The notes under the pieces: model-generated
Databases searched by the model: none
What the model saw: only the letters and a program-made list of their open reading frames with translations
What the model was told of the DNA's origin: nothing
Position numbers and translations under genes: made by a program
Shown here: in pieces, positions 29,998-40,040 of the stretch
Numbering within the stretch: position 1 is the stretch's first letter
How the letters are laid out: every line of letters starts with the position of its first letter
IMG/VR virus record: IMGVR_UViG_3300032323_003835
Coordinates: 47,206-111,205 of that record
Source of the DNA: a virus
DNA length: 64,000 nt
Reading direction: 5' to 3' (one strand)

Positions 29998-30714
29998 CTA
30001 GTCCCAATAGTTGTGATGGTGTTTAAAGAATGATGGATTTTTGCGATTGAGATAAGATTTGATCATAATGCTAAACATCCAAAGAATTCCCTTGGATCTA
30101 AATCTTCTGGGAGAGGTGTAAACCCCATCGATGCGGTGGATTCTAAAATCTCTCACCCCCACCTTCTGAGAGAGTGAGTAGTCCTCGGCAAATCTCTCCG
30201 ACGGATCATATCCTCCTACCCTCCAATAGGTCTCTCTTTTCCATAATTGAAATCCACCAACTGCAAAAGGGGTGCCCAGAAGTTTGGATAGATGTTGGAA
30301 CGCATCAAATGCTCTGAACACCCAGCGGTAGGGGGGATCTGTATGAAATGGAACTGTTAGCAGTCCAGGATTGAGACCCACACATTCTTTTAGAATATCC
30401 GGCTGGGTGAGAAACACATCAGCATCTAGAAAAAGAAGCTGGGGGGTGGTAACAAGTTCACTTCCCTTCAGTCTGCCCTCACTAGGAAATCCTCCCTCAA
30501 TCACTTCAATATTTAATATGTGGGAAAAGTCCTTCACCGCTCTCCTCACCCATTTAAGGGATTCTTTGGTGTCGGAGACATCCGCTATAATGATTCGGGT
30601 TCCTTCGATGTATAATTGGCGGGAGAGATGATAGACACAGTCCCAAAGGGTGCGTGATTCATTCTTAGCCGGGATCACAATAGTTAAATTATCCTTTAAT
30701 GACTCTGTACTCAT
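29998..30714 (-). CDS. Glycosyltransferase family 2
   Basis: IVIPAKNE, LFLDAD, GGYD...AEDY, TSPRRF. Confidence 0.88.
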   Translation of the reverse strand: MSTESLKDNLTIVIPAKNESRTLWDCVYHLSRQLYIEGTRIIIADVSDTKESLKWVRRAVKDFSHILNIEVIEGGFPSEGRLKGSELVTTPQLLFLDADVFLTQPDILKECVGLNPGLLTVPFHTDPPYRWVFRAFDAFQHLSKLLGTPFAVGGFQLWKRETYWRVGGYDPSERFAEDYSLSQKVGVRDFRIHRIDGVYTSPRRFRSKGILWMFSIMIKSYLNRKNPSFFKHHHNYWD

Positions 30715-31378
30715 TCTTGTTGTATATGATATATGAATTGTTTTCTATCCAGTCTCCTGTGTTTAAATATCTAATGCCATCTATATGCCTATCTTCCGGG
30801 TGATGAATGTGTCCGCAGATAACAGTGTGACATCCTTGTTTTCTGGCTTGTCTTGCCAGTTCAACCTCAAATTGAGTGATAAACTTAACCGCTTCCTTTA
30901 CCTTGTTCTTCAGGAACTTGCTTAGGCTTCTTCTCATGCCCCATTTTTTCAATGTCCGGTCAATAGAGATAGCAGCGTCATATCCGATGGATCCAAGTAC
31001 ACCTAACCATTTAAGGCTCACCACGCCATCATATAGATCTCCGTGAGTGATAAGGGTGTCTTTCCAAATGTACTCGTTATGAATCTCTATATTGCCAAAG
31101 GAGAATTCAAGGTACTCCCTAACAAACTCATCATGATTGCCGGGAATGTAAATTACCTTGGTGTTGTGCTTGGAATAAGAAAGAATCTTACGAATAACAT
31201 TGGTGTGAGACTGAGGCCAGCGAAACTTGCGTTTAAGTAACCATCCATCTATAATATCCCCGACCAGGAAAAGTGTTTCAGGCTCATATCTTTTTAGGAG
31301 AGCCAGGACATCATCTGCATTACTTCCTTTACTGCCTAGATGCACATCGCTAATAAAGAGTGCTTCGATTTTTTCCAT
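30689..31378 (-). CDS. Metallophosphoesterase, PlcP/LpxH-like
   Basis: SDVHLG, GDIIDGW, GNHD, HGD, GHIH, NTGDW. Confidence 0.85.
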   Translation of the reverse strand: MEKIEALFISDVHLGSKGSNADDVLALLKRYEPETLFLVGDIIDGWLLKRKFRWPQSHTNVIRKILSYSKHNTKVIYIPGNHDEFVREYLEFSFGNIEIHNEYIWKDTLITHGDLYDGVVSLKWLGVLGSIGYDAAISIDRTLKKWGMRRSLSKFLKNKVKEAVKFITQFEVELARQARKQGCHTVICGHIHHPEDRHIDGIRYLNTGDWIENNSYIIYNKNEYRVIKG

Positions 31379-31600
31379 GGATTATGTTATATCTCTTATT
31401 TATCCCCGGATCTCTATTTAGTAAGGGAATACCACGCGAACAAATGATTAATATTAAAAGGGGGCGGGGGGCCGAATCTCCAGTCCACTGGAAAGCGCGC
31501 CCTTAAAAATACCGAGGAGAATCTCAGAAACCGCCCCGTATGGCCATAAAAAAAGATCTGACCGGTTAAGATCAGATCTCTTTCACTATAAGACAATCCC

Positions 31601-32104
31601 CTACTGACGTGGAGGAAATATCCCTTGAGTGGCAATAATAAAGTAAACGCCTAGATAAGGAGGTTGGGTACTTAGAGGCTGGGAAGGGCCTTGACCAAAC
31701 AGGGGAGTTCTAACTCCTACTCCCGTAGTGCTCTGAGCCGCACTTAGAGTTCCATTAGGAACATAAGGAAGATTATTAGGAGAGATCACAACAGACGCTG
31801 AGCCTCCTTTTTGTCCAGCTCTAATATCAGGCACTCCAGCAACTCCCTGTGATGGGTGAATGGGTAAACGACCACGGAGATCTGGTAAAGCGAAGGTGCT
31901 GATTCCATCTCCGCCATACGTGGTACCCAATAAGACGAAGAGAGCTTGGTTCTGTGCGACAGACAGAAGTTGACCATTACACATCTCCCAGCCTTGAGGA
32001 GCAAAGTTAAAGCCTACCATACGGATCTCTCCGATGTAAGGATCCTGTGCCTGGGCAGAGAATGCCACGAAGGCAAAGCAAATGATTAGTAAGAACTTTT
32101 TCAT
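31601..32104 (-). CDS. Phage tail-collar-domain protein (MdpB-like) with signal peptide
   Basis: YIGEIRMVGFNFAPQGW..CNGQLL...LLGTTYGGDG..TFALPDLRGR; C-terminal QPPYL...FIIA..GIFP. Confidence 0.8.
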   Translation of the reverse strand: MKKFLLIICFAFVAFSAQAQDPYIGEIRMVGFNFAPQGWEMCNGQLLSVAQNQALFVLLGTTYGGDGISTFALPDLRGRLPIHPSQGVAGVPDIRAGQKGGSASVVISPNNLPYVPNGTLSAAQSTTGVGVRTPLFGQGPSQPLSTQPPYLGVYFIIATQGIFPPRQ

Positions 32105-32178
32105 GAATTTAAGTTATATTACCCATTATAGCACGGAGATCCAAGAAAGGTTCAGAACACGCGGTTAGGAACATCGGG

Positions 32179-32428
32179 TCAGACCTCTATAGACTGCCAG
32201 CATCCCTGCATGCGCCAAACCACCTCGTCATGCATAGTATCCCAGACAGTGGGCATGTATCCACGCTCCAGTTGTTCAACAGTGTAGCGCTCCTCTAGAT
32301 GCCGAATGATGTTAATCAGGTGATCGTCCTTAAGATCCTTAATGAGAGTGTCCTCGATGGGACCTTTACCTAGGATCCCATAGGAACGCCAAGTCTTTCT
32401 CTCTGATAATAGAATGCTCTGTGTGCAT
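32179..32428 (-). pseudogene. Hypothetical phage gene with an apparent frameshift near its start
   Basis: The promoter-proximal ATG at 32428 (MHTEHSIIRE) is out of frame with the long downstream frame (KTWRSYG...). Confidence 0.4.
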
Positions 32429-32499
32429 GGTTTAAAAATAAGGAAGAATACCGAGATAGAAAAATGTGGGATCCAAACCAACCAGCCCGGAAGAATCTA

Positions 32500-33380
32500 T
32501 TTTAAAATATCCGAATGGATAGGCCAGTCAGTGTGCGTACGCGCATTGGTAGACACTTACTACGTGCGCGGGTCCGTATCTAAATTATAATAACAAGCCG
32601 TACTTATACTATAATATGTCGTCATGAATATGACGCCCCGGTCATGTGCGTACGCGCATAGGTAGGGTCAGGTCTCCTGCAAAAGAAAAACGGAAAGGAA
32701 GAAGGGACCCCCTGCGGAAACCCTAGTTCTATATTTTAAAGTATCATCTCAAGAACTATATCTTTAAAAAACATTAAAAATGAGCATATACGGCCCCCCT
32801 TTTTTACCCCCCTAAAAGCCCCACTTTTACCCCCCTATTTTAGGGCCCTTTTTAGGCCCCGTTCCCCCCAGGCTCCCCTAGGGCTAAATAATGGGCCTTT
32901 TTGGTGGGCCCGCCCCGGGGATCTAATAGGGGTTTTTCACATCCTTTTTTAGGTGTGAGTCCTCCCCTTACTATAGAAAGGATTTACAAGCCGGTGGGGG
33001 CACCCCGAATTGGAATTCTAGGAATTTCCCTTTTTCCTACTTTTTCCGCGGGGGCACCCCGAACTGATATAAATAGGAATTCCCTGTTTTTTAAACTTCA
33101 TGCTTTTTTGAGTGAGCCCGCCCTCGGTGTAAGATAAACTCAAATTTCCAACTGTATGGTTTTTGAGTGAGGGCGCCTACTATAGTAATTACCTATTTTT
33201 CCCTTTTTCCATTTTCCCCGTGGGGGCACCCCGATTTGAAAAACCACAAAAATGGGTTTATTTGGTTTTTTTGGAAACTTAAGGTTTTCCATGTGGAGGT
33301 GCCCTCTCCACGATAGCCTATAAGTTTGATTCTAAACCTTACCCCATAAAAAAACCTTCCAATTTCTTGGAAGGCTTCTC
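32500..33380. other. GC-rich non-coding left boundary of the cassette block
   Basis: No credible ORF; C/G homopolymer runs at 32793-32935; direct repeat TGTGCGTACGCGCAT at 32532 and 32645; six 16-bp palindromes at 32994-33308. Confidence 0.7.
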
Positions 33381-33577
33381 GTTAACTCAACACTTATTAA
33401 CTAACCACAAACACTATTTTCTTTCTATTCTTTTTCTGGCTCTTTCTTTCGGTCTGGGATGGGTATTGATTTTACCACATGAGCAAACACTTGATTTATA
33501 TTCCTCGTTCCGTTTGAACATGATTGTGTAACCATGCCTACATGCGGAGCAGATAACGTACTTGTCTCTTAGTCCTG

Positions 33578-33823
33578 TCATCTTAGAGATTTTTCTCCTT
33601 TAACCCAATCCTCCATTGTCTTATAACTCCAGTAGGTTGTTTCTCCATCTCTTGATCTTTCGCTGTAGAAATTTTCAAATATGTATTCCCACACTTTCTT
33701 ATATGAGGAGGCTTTAAATTCCCAGAGGAAGTAAGCCGTGCCTATGAGTAGGAAGGCTAATAACTTCCATACTAGATAAGCATAACCGAGGATGTATTTT
33801 AATACTTCAAAAATCCATTTCAT
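33578..33823 (-). CDS. Small membrane protein
   Basis: Hydrophobic N-terminal half; own promoter motif upstream. Confidence 0.6.
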   Translation of the reverse strand: MKWIFEVLKYILGYAYLVWKLLAFLLIGTAYFLWEFKASSYKKVWEYIFENFYSERSRDGETTYWSYKTMEDWVKGEKSLR

Positions 33824-33868
33824 GTCCTTGTGTTTTATAAGGTAAATGTAAGTCTTTTCCTCGTGTAA

Positions 33869-34072
33869 TTAAAACGTCTGAGGACCGTTTTTTCTACGGA
33901 AGGGTTTGAATCCGTTGGCTTCAATTGCTATCTTAATACAACCCCATGCCACAATGGCTAGGCTTCCTACAGCCATCGATAGGGTTGGGTGTTCTAGATA
34001 TAACACGTAACAGAAAATTAAAGTGGCTGCAAGGTAAAGTACCGATCCGATAATAAAAGTTGTTTTTGTCAT
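33869..34072 (-). CDS. Small two-TM membrane protein
   Basis: Two hydrophobic segments; promoter motif upstream. Confidence 0.6.
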   Translation of the reverse strand: MTKTTFIIGSVLYLAATLIFCYVLYLEHPTLSMAVGSLAIVAWGCIKIAIEANGFKPFRRKNGPQTF

Positions 34073-34148
34073 AGTGGGGTTATTTGATTATGAAGCTAAA
34101 TTAAATAAAACCCGCGGAAGTAAAAAATGTTTCCGCGGGTTGGTGTGA

Positions 34149-34313
34149 TTAACCTCCTTTAAGAATAAGTTCTATTCTAGCAGGGATTACCTTTTCTGCA
34201 TTACATTCGTCGCAGCACTCTTCATCCTCCTCACCTAGATTTCCTAGCGGTTCTGGGTTGTTCCCGAATCCTTCTACTTCCTTGTCGCAAAGACAGCATT
34301 TAAACTTTTCCAT
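34149..34313 (-). CDS. Small zinc-finger protein
   Basis: CCLC...GNNPEP...CCDECN; start at 34313 after an ACACAC leader. Confidence 0.7.
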   Translation of the reverse strand: MEKFKCCLCDKEVEGFGNNPEPLGNLGEEDEECCDECNAEKVIPARIELILKGG

Positions 34314-34552
34314 GTGTGTGTTTTTAAGTGTGAGGTAAAAGTATGAATAATCCGCGAAAGAAAAAAATGTGCATGGAAAGAATTCCAAGAATTCCAGTGA
34401 GGGCGCCTTTACAAGGATAATCCAAAAAATCCAAACTTTGGTTTTTTCCGTGGGGGTGCTCTCACGCGGTTTAGCTAAGATTTAGCTTTCACTTGCCACA
34501 AAAAAAACCTTGGAAAATTCCAAGGTTTTTAAAAAGCATGTAATACTAGTTA

Positions 34553-34945
34553 TTACATTTTCCAAATACTATCTAATAAAGCTTCTTTAAAATCTTTATA
34601 GGTTTCTATATTTACACGCATTTGCATAAATTCATATTCATGATTATCAAAATCTGCAACAACTAATCTATAGTATTTTTCTTCAGGTGTTAACAGGTAT
34701 GCACAAGGACAATTTTGATAATACACAATTGCTAGTACACACATAGGTTGTACATTTTCAAAATTATCAAGGTTTTCTGCATAACCTGATTTTTTCCATT
34801 TTTCACTTTCACTAGGATTTTCCCAAATTAGCATTAAATATTCGCTATCAGAATCATCAATTGATAATTTGTAATCTTTCATTTTAGAATCTTTTGCTAG
34901 TGATTCAAGCATTTTTTCTGTGAAATCTTTTAATAGTGCTTTCAT
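34553..34945 (-). CDS. Hypothetical protein
   Basis: Single-gene cassette with promoter and terminator. Confidence 0.7.
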   Translation of the reverse strand: MKALLKDFTEKMLESLAKDSKMKDYKLSIDDSDSEYLMLIWENPSESEKWKKSGYAENLDNFENVQPMCVLAIVYYQNCPCAYLLTPEEKYYRLVVADFDNHEYEFMQMRVNIETYKDFKEALLDSIWKM

Positions 34946-35185
34946 GTGTTTGTGTGTTTAAGTACATATAAATATAAGCATTTTCCCCGAAAATTAAAAA
35001 TGCCCCGTAAAATAAATTCAAGCTATACACTTACCCGTGAGGGCGCCTTTACGATGATAATCCAAAAAATCCAAATTTTGGTTTTTTCTCCGAGGGTGCC
35101 CTCACTAACAGTTAATGGAATTTTTCAAGAAAGCTATCCCCACAAAAAAAGTCCCTAAGGACTTTTTTAAATCTGTGAGTTTGGA

Positions 35186-35362
35186 TTAAACCCTTACCTT
35201 CCTTAGTTTTGAAACTGCTGCTTTTAAAAAGGTAAAGATTATGTAAACAACTGTTCCGTAAAACAGAGCTACACATAAACCCCAAAATGAAAATGCTGCT
35301 TTTTCTACTCCATCTAAAGATTGGAATAAGTTTAATGCTTCGGTGAATTTTTCTGATAACAT
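35186..35362 (-). CDS. Small membrane protein (58 aa)
   Basis: Read by eye: MLSEKFTEALNLFQSLDGVEKAAFSFWGLCVALFYG...; flanked by promoter and terminator. Confidence 0.6.
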   Translation of the reverse strand: MLSEKFTEALNLFQSLDGVEKAAFSFWGLCVALFYGTVVYIIFTFLKAAVSKLRKVRV

Positions 35363-35672
35363 GTCGTGTTTTTTTAGTGATTAATTACAAGGCAAATATA
35401 GGATATTTCCCCGAAATAAAAAAATGTATTTGAGGTTAATTATACAAAATACCTCATTTCGGGGTGCCCTCTCCGATTGATGTGTTTTTGATGTATTTGC
35501 GTAACTCATTAGTTATTAACATGTTAACTCAGTTGGGGGCGGACTCACTAGAGTTACGCATAGGGAAGATTAGGGAAAATACCCCTTCGCGAGCGCGGGG
35601 TCCTCTCCCCCTCCCCTCCACAAAAAAAAGTCTGAGATTGCTCTCAGACTCTTTGTTTCCTCTTTCTTTTGC

Positions 35673-35891
35673 TTAGAAGTACTTTCTTCTTACATGCTTT
35701 GGTGTTCCTGGAGGTCCTATGGATTCTCCCCCTGCATCTAGAAACATAAACCCTTTATATGAATCGCTTCGCATTAGAACATGCTCCAGTACACAAATCA
35801 TGCCTTGCTTTTCATCTAAGGTGTTTCCATCGTTAGCGAGTTGCTCATTAACGAATGCCTTTATCCTTTCTATCTCAAAAGTCTTTCTCAT
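35673..35891 (-). CDS. Hypothetical protein
   Basis: 72-aa ORF ending at a terminator. Confidence 0.6.
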   Translation of the reverse strand: MRKTFEIERIKAFVNEQLANDGNTLDEKQGMICVLEHVLMRSDSYKGFMFLDAGGESIGPPGTPKHVRRKYF

Positions 35892-35893
35892 GC

Positions 35894-36070
35894 CTAATCT
35901 TTTAAAGCCATTTGTTTAGCTACTAGAACCTTAGCGTAATGTTCCCAGTTAATGTTATCTGTTTGTAAACCTTCTTGTTCCATCTTACATCTTCGAATTT
36001 GTACCAGAAGAGGAAGATTGATAACTGAATCTCTTGTAATGTAATTGAGAATGTTTTCGAATTGAATCAT
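35894..36070 (-). CDS. Hypothetical protein
   Basis: Start taken at MIQFE (36070), below the promoter. Confidence 0.55.
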   Translation of the reverse strand: MIQFENILNYITRDSVINLPLLVQIRRCKMEQEGLQTDNINWEHYAKVLVAKQMALKD

Positions 36071-36224
36071 GACGTTGTGTATTAGTATGAGGCTAATGTA
36101 AACCATTTCCGCGACAAATAAAAATGTGGAAGGAAAGAATCCCAAACACGGATCCACCGTGGTGAGGGCACGCCCACAAAAAACCTCCGGTTGGAGGTTT
36201 CTTTTCTTTTTATGTTCCTATGAC

Positions 36225-36590
36225 TTAGTAGTATTTCTCCTGGCTCATTCTACGAAGAGCATTATAAAGTAATACTGCTTCTTCCTCTATATTATGTAAG
36301 TCTAATACATTACCTCTGTACATAATCTCTGGTGCATTCTTATCAACTGTTACGGATGTGTTAAGAACGCTAGCTACTATTACACCAGGTTTAATTTCTC
36401 TTACGTTACTTACATAACCATACATATCTGAGCTACCAATAGCTTTATGAATGGAACGTAGTGACTTGCGATCTTCCTCGTTTTCATATCCCATTGCGTG
36501 TTTAGCTCCCTTTGCTAATCTAGAAAACAAGCCTTCAGGCTTTCTCATTGGACCTTCTTGGAAGTTTTCATATATCTGAAGATGTTTCAT
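36225..36590 (-). CDS. Hypothetical protein with MKHLQIYE N-terminus
   Basis: GGATATATAAA upstream; lies between palindromes. Confidence 0.7.
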   Translation of the reverse strand: MKHLQIYENFQEGPMRKPEGLFSRLAKGAKHAMGYENEEDRKSLRSIHKAIGSSDMYGYVSNVREIKPGVIVASVLNTSVTVDKNAPEIMYRGNVLDLHNIEEEAVLLYNALRRMSQEKYY

Positions 36591-36797
36591 GCTCCTATTG
36601 TTTTCATTTATATATCCAAACCAACATCCGCAAACCGGGTGAGGGCGCCTTTCCGAGGATAATCCGAAAATTCCATTTTTTCTCCTTCTTCCGTCGAGGC
36701 GTCCTCACCCCGCTTAGCTAAGGTTAAGCTGAAGTAATCCCACAAAAAAACTCAGGACAAAGTCCTGAGTCTTTAATAGTTTAAACTTTAACCCAAT

Positions 36798-37088
36798 CTA
36801 ACTATAATATGGATATACTCCCTCACAAAGATTAAGATATGAATCTATAAAGAAACCATACCCTGCATCTTTTAATGCTTTACTTACATTATGACAGATA
36901 TGACCTCTCGGTTCAGTGTCATGCACTTCAGGGTAAATGAGACCGATGAGGGTTTGTCCCTGCTCTATCTCTCCCAGTATTTCTTCTCTTGTGACCCTAA
37001 CGTTTGAATGAATCTTTTTGCAGATTCGATTAACTAGTGTTTCGCATGCCTTATCTCCGGCTGCTGAGTACATTTCATAACTTTTCAT
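36798..37088 (-). CDS. Hypothetical protein
   Basis: Start at MKSYEM (37088); YPEVHDTEPR motif. Confidence 0.6.
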   Translation of the reverse strand: MKSYEMYSAAGDKACETLVNRICKKIHSNVRVTREEILGEIEQGQTLIGLIYPEVHDTEPRGHICHNVSKALKDAGYGFFIDSYLNLCEGVYPYYS

Positions 37089-37547
37089 ATGTGTGGTTTT
37101 AGAATACAAATATAACATGGACGTGCGGGGAATAAAAATGCAAAAACCCCCTTCGCGAGCGCGGGGTCCTCTCCCCCTCCCCTCTGTGTGTATTCTATCG
37201 GGAATGAGAATCAAAACATTATTATCGAGGTGAGGGCACCCTCGGATGATTTCCAAATCCGATCAAAAGGTTATATCTCTATGTGGTTGCGCCCTCACCT
37301 CGATTACGCTAGCGTAAAGTGCTTTCCACCGCGCACAAAAATGGCCTGAGATAAAATCCCAGGCCATTCTCGATTAGTTTAATCTATTGATGTTGGAGAT
37401 AACTATTTCGCCAACTTCATTCTTTAGGGTTTCCCAATCCTCTGGGGCTAGTGCATCCTCGATGCCTATTCCTTCCAACAGACTTATTAGGTCTTCCTGC
37501 ATTTGTTCTTTTAATTCTTGGATACTCATACATTTTTATTGAAGATT

Positions 37548-37952
37548 CTAAAATGAGCTTGCTAGTTGTGACCAAGTCTGGGCTTTGTGAATCGGTCCAT
37601 TCCAAAGATTCATTTGACCCCAAACCTCTGCCAGTCCTGTGTGTCCACACTTAGGTGTAACAGTGAAAACATTGTCACCAGTTTCTAAAGAGGCAATACG
37701 AAAATCATCGTATAATGGTCCGTTCATTGGACAGTTGTTCTTGAACCAAACATAATGTCTGTCTAGATCTATTCCTTTGGCTTTAGCAAATTTAATAACC
37801 TTGGGCATTAGATTCATTGCTTTGCCTTCTAAGGCTTTTTCTGAACAGAACCAATCGTAAAATCCCCAGCAATGTTCGTAATCGCCAACGATTCTTTTTT
37901 CTAATTCAAATGCTTCGATTTGTTCTCTGAGTGTTACTTGAAAGTTTACCAT
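37548..37952 (-). CDS. Hypothetical protein
   Basis: FYDWFC...WFKNNCP..GPLYDDFR; promoter upstream. Confidence 0.7.
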   Translation of the reverse strand: MVNFQVTLREQIEAFELEKRIVGDYEHCWGFYDWFCSEKALEGKAMNLMPKVIKFAKAKGIDLDRHYVWFKNNCPMNGPLYDDFRIASLETGDNVFTVTPKCGHTGLAEVWGQMNLWNGPIHKAQTWSQLASSF

Positions 37953-38230
37953 TTTTTTAATTTTTTAAGGTTTGTGGATTTAAGTACAAGGCAAATATAT
38001 GAATAATCCCCGAAAGAAAAAAATGTTTCGGAAAAATGTTTCAAATCTCTTGGAATGTTTCGGATTCAAGACGGGGTGAGGGCACCTCCTCGGATAAAAC
38101 CCCAAAAAAGGAAAAACTTGGTCTTTTCCGTCGGGGCGCCCTCCAATGATTTTTGGGACGACCCCTAATTTGGATGCCACAAAAAAACCAAACGCACGGT
38201 TTGGTTTTTTGAATGAGAGTTATGGAGAAG

Positions 38231-38512
38231 TTACATAGACCAAGCTGGATTAGCAACTATTAAAATTCCGTTTTCTATTCTTGGAATCTCTTTGGTTGAA
38301 TAAGCATCATCATATTGGATTTGATTCGGATAAAATTTTTGTCCTTTGAATACCACATAGTTTTCATCAGAATCATCCTTGCCCATATGACTATGTCCCT
38401 GACCTCTTAATGAGTCATGAGCTGCATCTTTTACCGTGGGTTTACCGAATATGCTATTCCAAAAGCTTTCGTTAACTTCTGATTGTTCTCCGTACTTTTT
38501 AAGGTGTTTCAT
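38231..38512 (-). CDS. Hypothetical protein with MKHLKKY..VNE N-terminus
   Basis: Start at 38512; AGATATATAAA upstream. Confidence 0.65.
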   Translation of the reverse strand: MKHLKKYGEQSEVNESFWNSIFGKPTVKDAAHDSLRGQGHSHMGKDDSDENYVVFKGQKFYPNQIQYDDAYSTKEIPRIENGILIVANPAWSM

Positions 38513-38730
38513 TATCTGAGTTATTTTGTGATTTATATATCTTTCCAAATATAGGTAACCTGGGCGAAATATAAAAATGCCCCGTGGAAAATCATGAAGC
38601 GATCGGTTAAGCGATTGCTAAGCGGCGTGAGGGCGCCCACTCTCTGTGTTACATCTGTTCCCTTCCAAAGGCCACAAAAAAAAATCTAGACGAATTTGTC
38701 TAGATTTTGAATTTTAAAATGAAGATGAGA

Positions 38731-38913
38731 TTAACCCAGGATTAGTATTCCTCTTTCTTGTATACCTGATTTTATTTCATCAGTTAACAGAGTAGAACCA
38801 ACAGAAGTGAAAATAAATGTGGGTCCTTGAAGAGAAACGAGGTAATGTTCCTGATTAAATATCCCTCTTTCTTCTAGAAATTTGATTCCTGCATCAATAA
38901 TTTTCCTTTTCAT
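38731..38913 (-). CDS. Hypothetical protein
   Basis: Single-gene cassette. Confidence 0.6.
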   Translation of the reverse strand: MKRKIIDAGIKFLEERGIFNQEHYLVSLQGPTFIFTSVGSTLLTDEIKSGIQERGILILG

Positions 38914-39103
38914 ATTATATGTGTGTTTAAATACAAGGCAAATATAGAATAAATCCTCGGGATAAAAAAATGTATGAATTCGGACATCTACGGATCATTA
39001 TCGGGGTGTGGGTGCCCTCACCATCTCTTTCTGACTTATATCTTTCGATTTTCCATCGTACGCGTGCGGGGTCCTTCCCCTAGCCCCCTACGGGATAAAA
39101 GGA

Positions 39104-39289
39104 TTAATCAGGTTCTCCTTCATAGTAAACCTTGTTATCTGCTCCACACTTGTGACAAACATAAAGGTCTTCCTCTGATGACTCGGTGGAATTCCAGTTC
39201 CAGCCACATTTATTGCATTCTATTTGGGTAGGAGCCTCATAAGGTTCAACTTCAATCCCAAAGTTCTCGTAGATCTGTAGGTGTTTCAT
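39104..39289 (-). CDS. Small zinc-ribbon protein with MKHLQIYE N-terminus
   Basis: CNKCGW...CHKCG; start at 39289. Confidence 0.65.
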   Translation of the reverse strand: MKHLQIYENFGIEVEPYEAPTQIECNKCGWNWNSTESSEEDLYVCHKCGADNKVYYEGEPD

Positions 39290-39540
39290 AATTCTATGTA
39301 TCCCAAATTCGATTCTAAGCATCGTGAGGGCACCGTGCCCTCACGGAGCCGTTTAACATTTTGTTTAATCTTTTAAACAGAAGGCCCGAACAATACTCTA
39401 ACAATATAAATTCATTCTCTGCGTGAGGGCGCCCACTCGCTGTGTTACGTCGTCCCTCGCTAGAGTTTTACCCACAAAAAAACCCAGACCTAAGTCTGGG
39501 CTTTTAAATCTGTTTGGGATTTAGAAGTGTTTAAGCAATT

Positions 39541-39825
39541 CTAGAATAGCCTGAGTTGATGAAGATTGGTTGTGAGCCCAATGTGCCATTCAATTTCCTC
39601 GTCCATGGAAAGTTTGCGGTATTCTTTCCAATCATAAATTGTGAAAACGATTCCTTCTCCAAGTTCCAGTTCCCATTCCATGTTTACTTTACCTTCTCCA
39701 TCATTGTTAGAATAGGAAGGAGGTCCAAAGGTATCAATCAATTGCTGTGGAGATGCACTGAAAACATCGTCATAGAATGAAGTACCGTTAATCGTTTTTT
39801 CTTCTGATAATTTTTTAATGTTCAT
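39541..39825 (-). CDS. Hypothetical protein (possible frameshifted C-terminus)
   Basis: FGPP...KVNMEW...TIYDWK...WHIG; an alternative frame runs to 39521. Confidence 0.65.
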   Translation of the reverse strand: MNIKKLSEEKTINGTSFYDDVFSASPQQLIDTFGPPSYSNNDGEGKVNMEWELELGEGIVFTIYDWKEYRKLSMDEEIEWHIGLTTNLHQLRLF

Positions 39826-40040
39826 GTGAGTGTGTGTTTAAGTATAAAGCAAATATAAGAAAAAGAGGCGTAATAAAAAAATGCCTCGAAAATAAATTTG
39901 AAAGTTAGTGTCACAAAAAACACGCTAACATCGGTGAGGGTGCCCCGACTGGTTTTAGCATGGCGTTTACATCTTTGGGTTTGACCCATAAAAAAAAGTC
40001 CTAGAAAATCTAGGACTTTTTGGTTTAATAGGTTTTCTTA

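Noticed and set aside
32901-33137. ORFs crossing the palindrome clusters (also 55410..55706, 55425..55661, 37980..38180, 40404..40634)
   Set aside because: Open only because the DNA is GC-rich; they translate the repeat motifs and lack promoters or leaders
32994-33308. CRISPR array (repeats with ~37-57 bp spacers)
   Set aside because: Repeats are only 16 bp and highly degenerate, spacers are low-complexity A/T tracts, no cas genes are visible, and the same motif is dispersed singly over 23 kb
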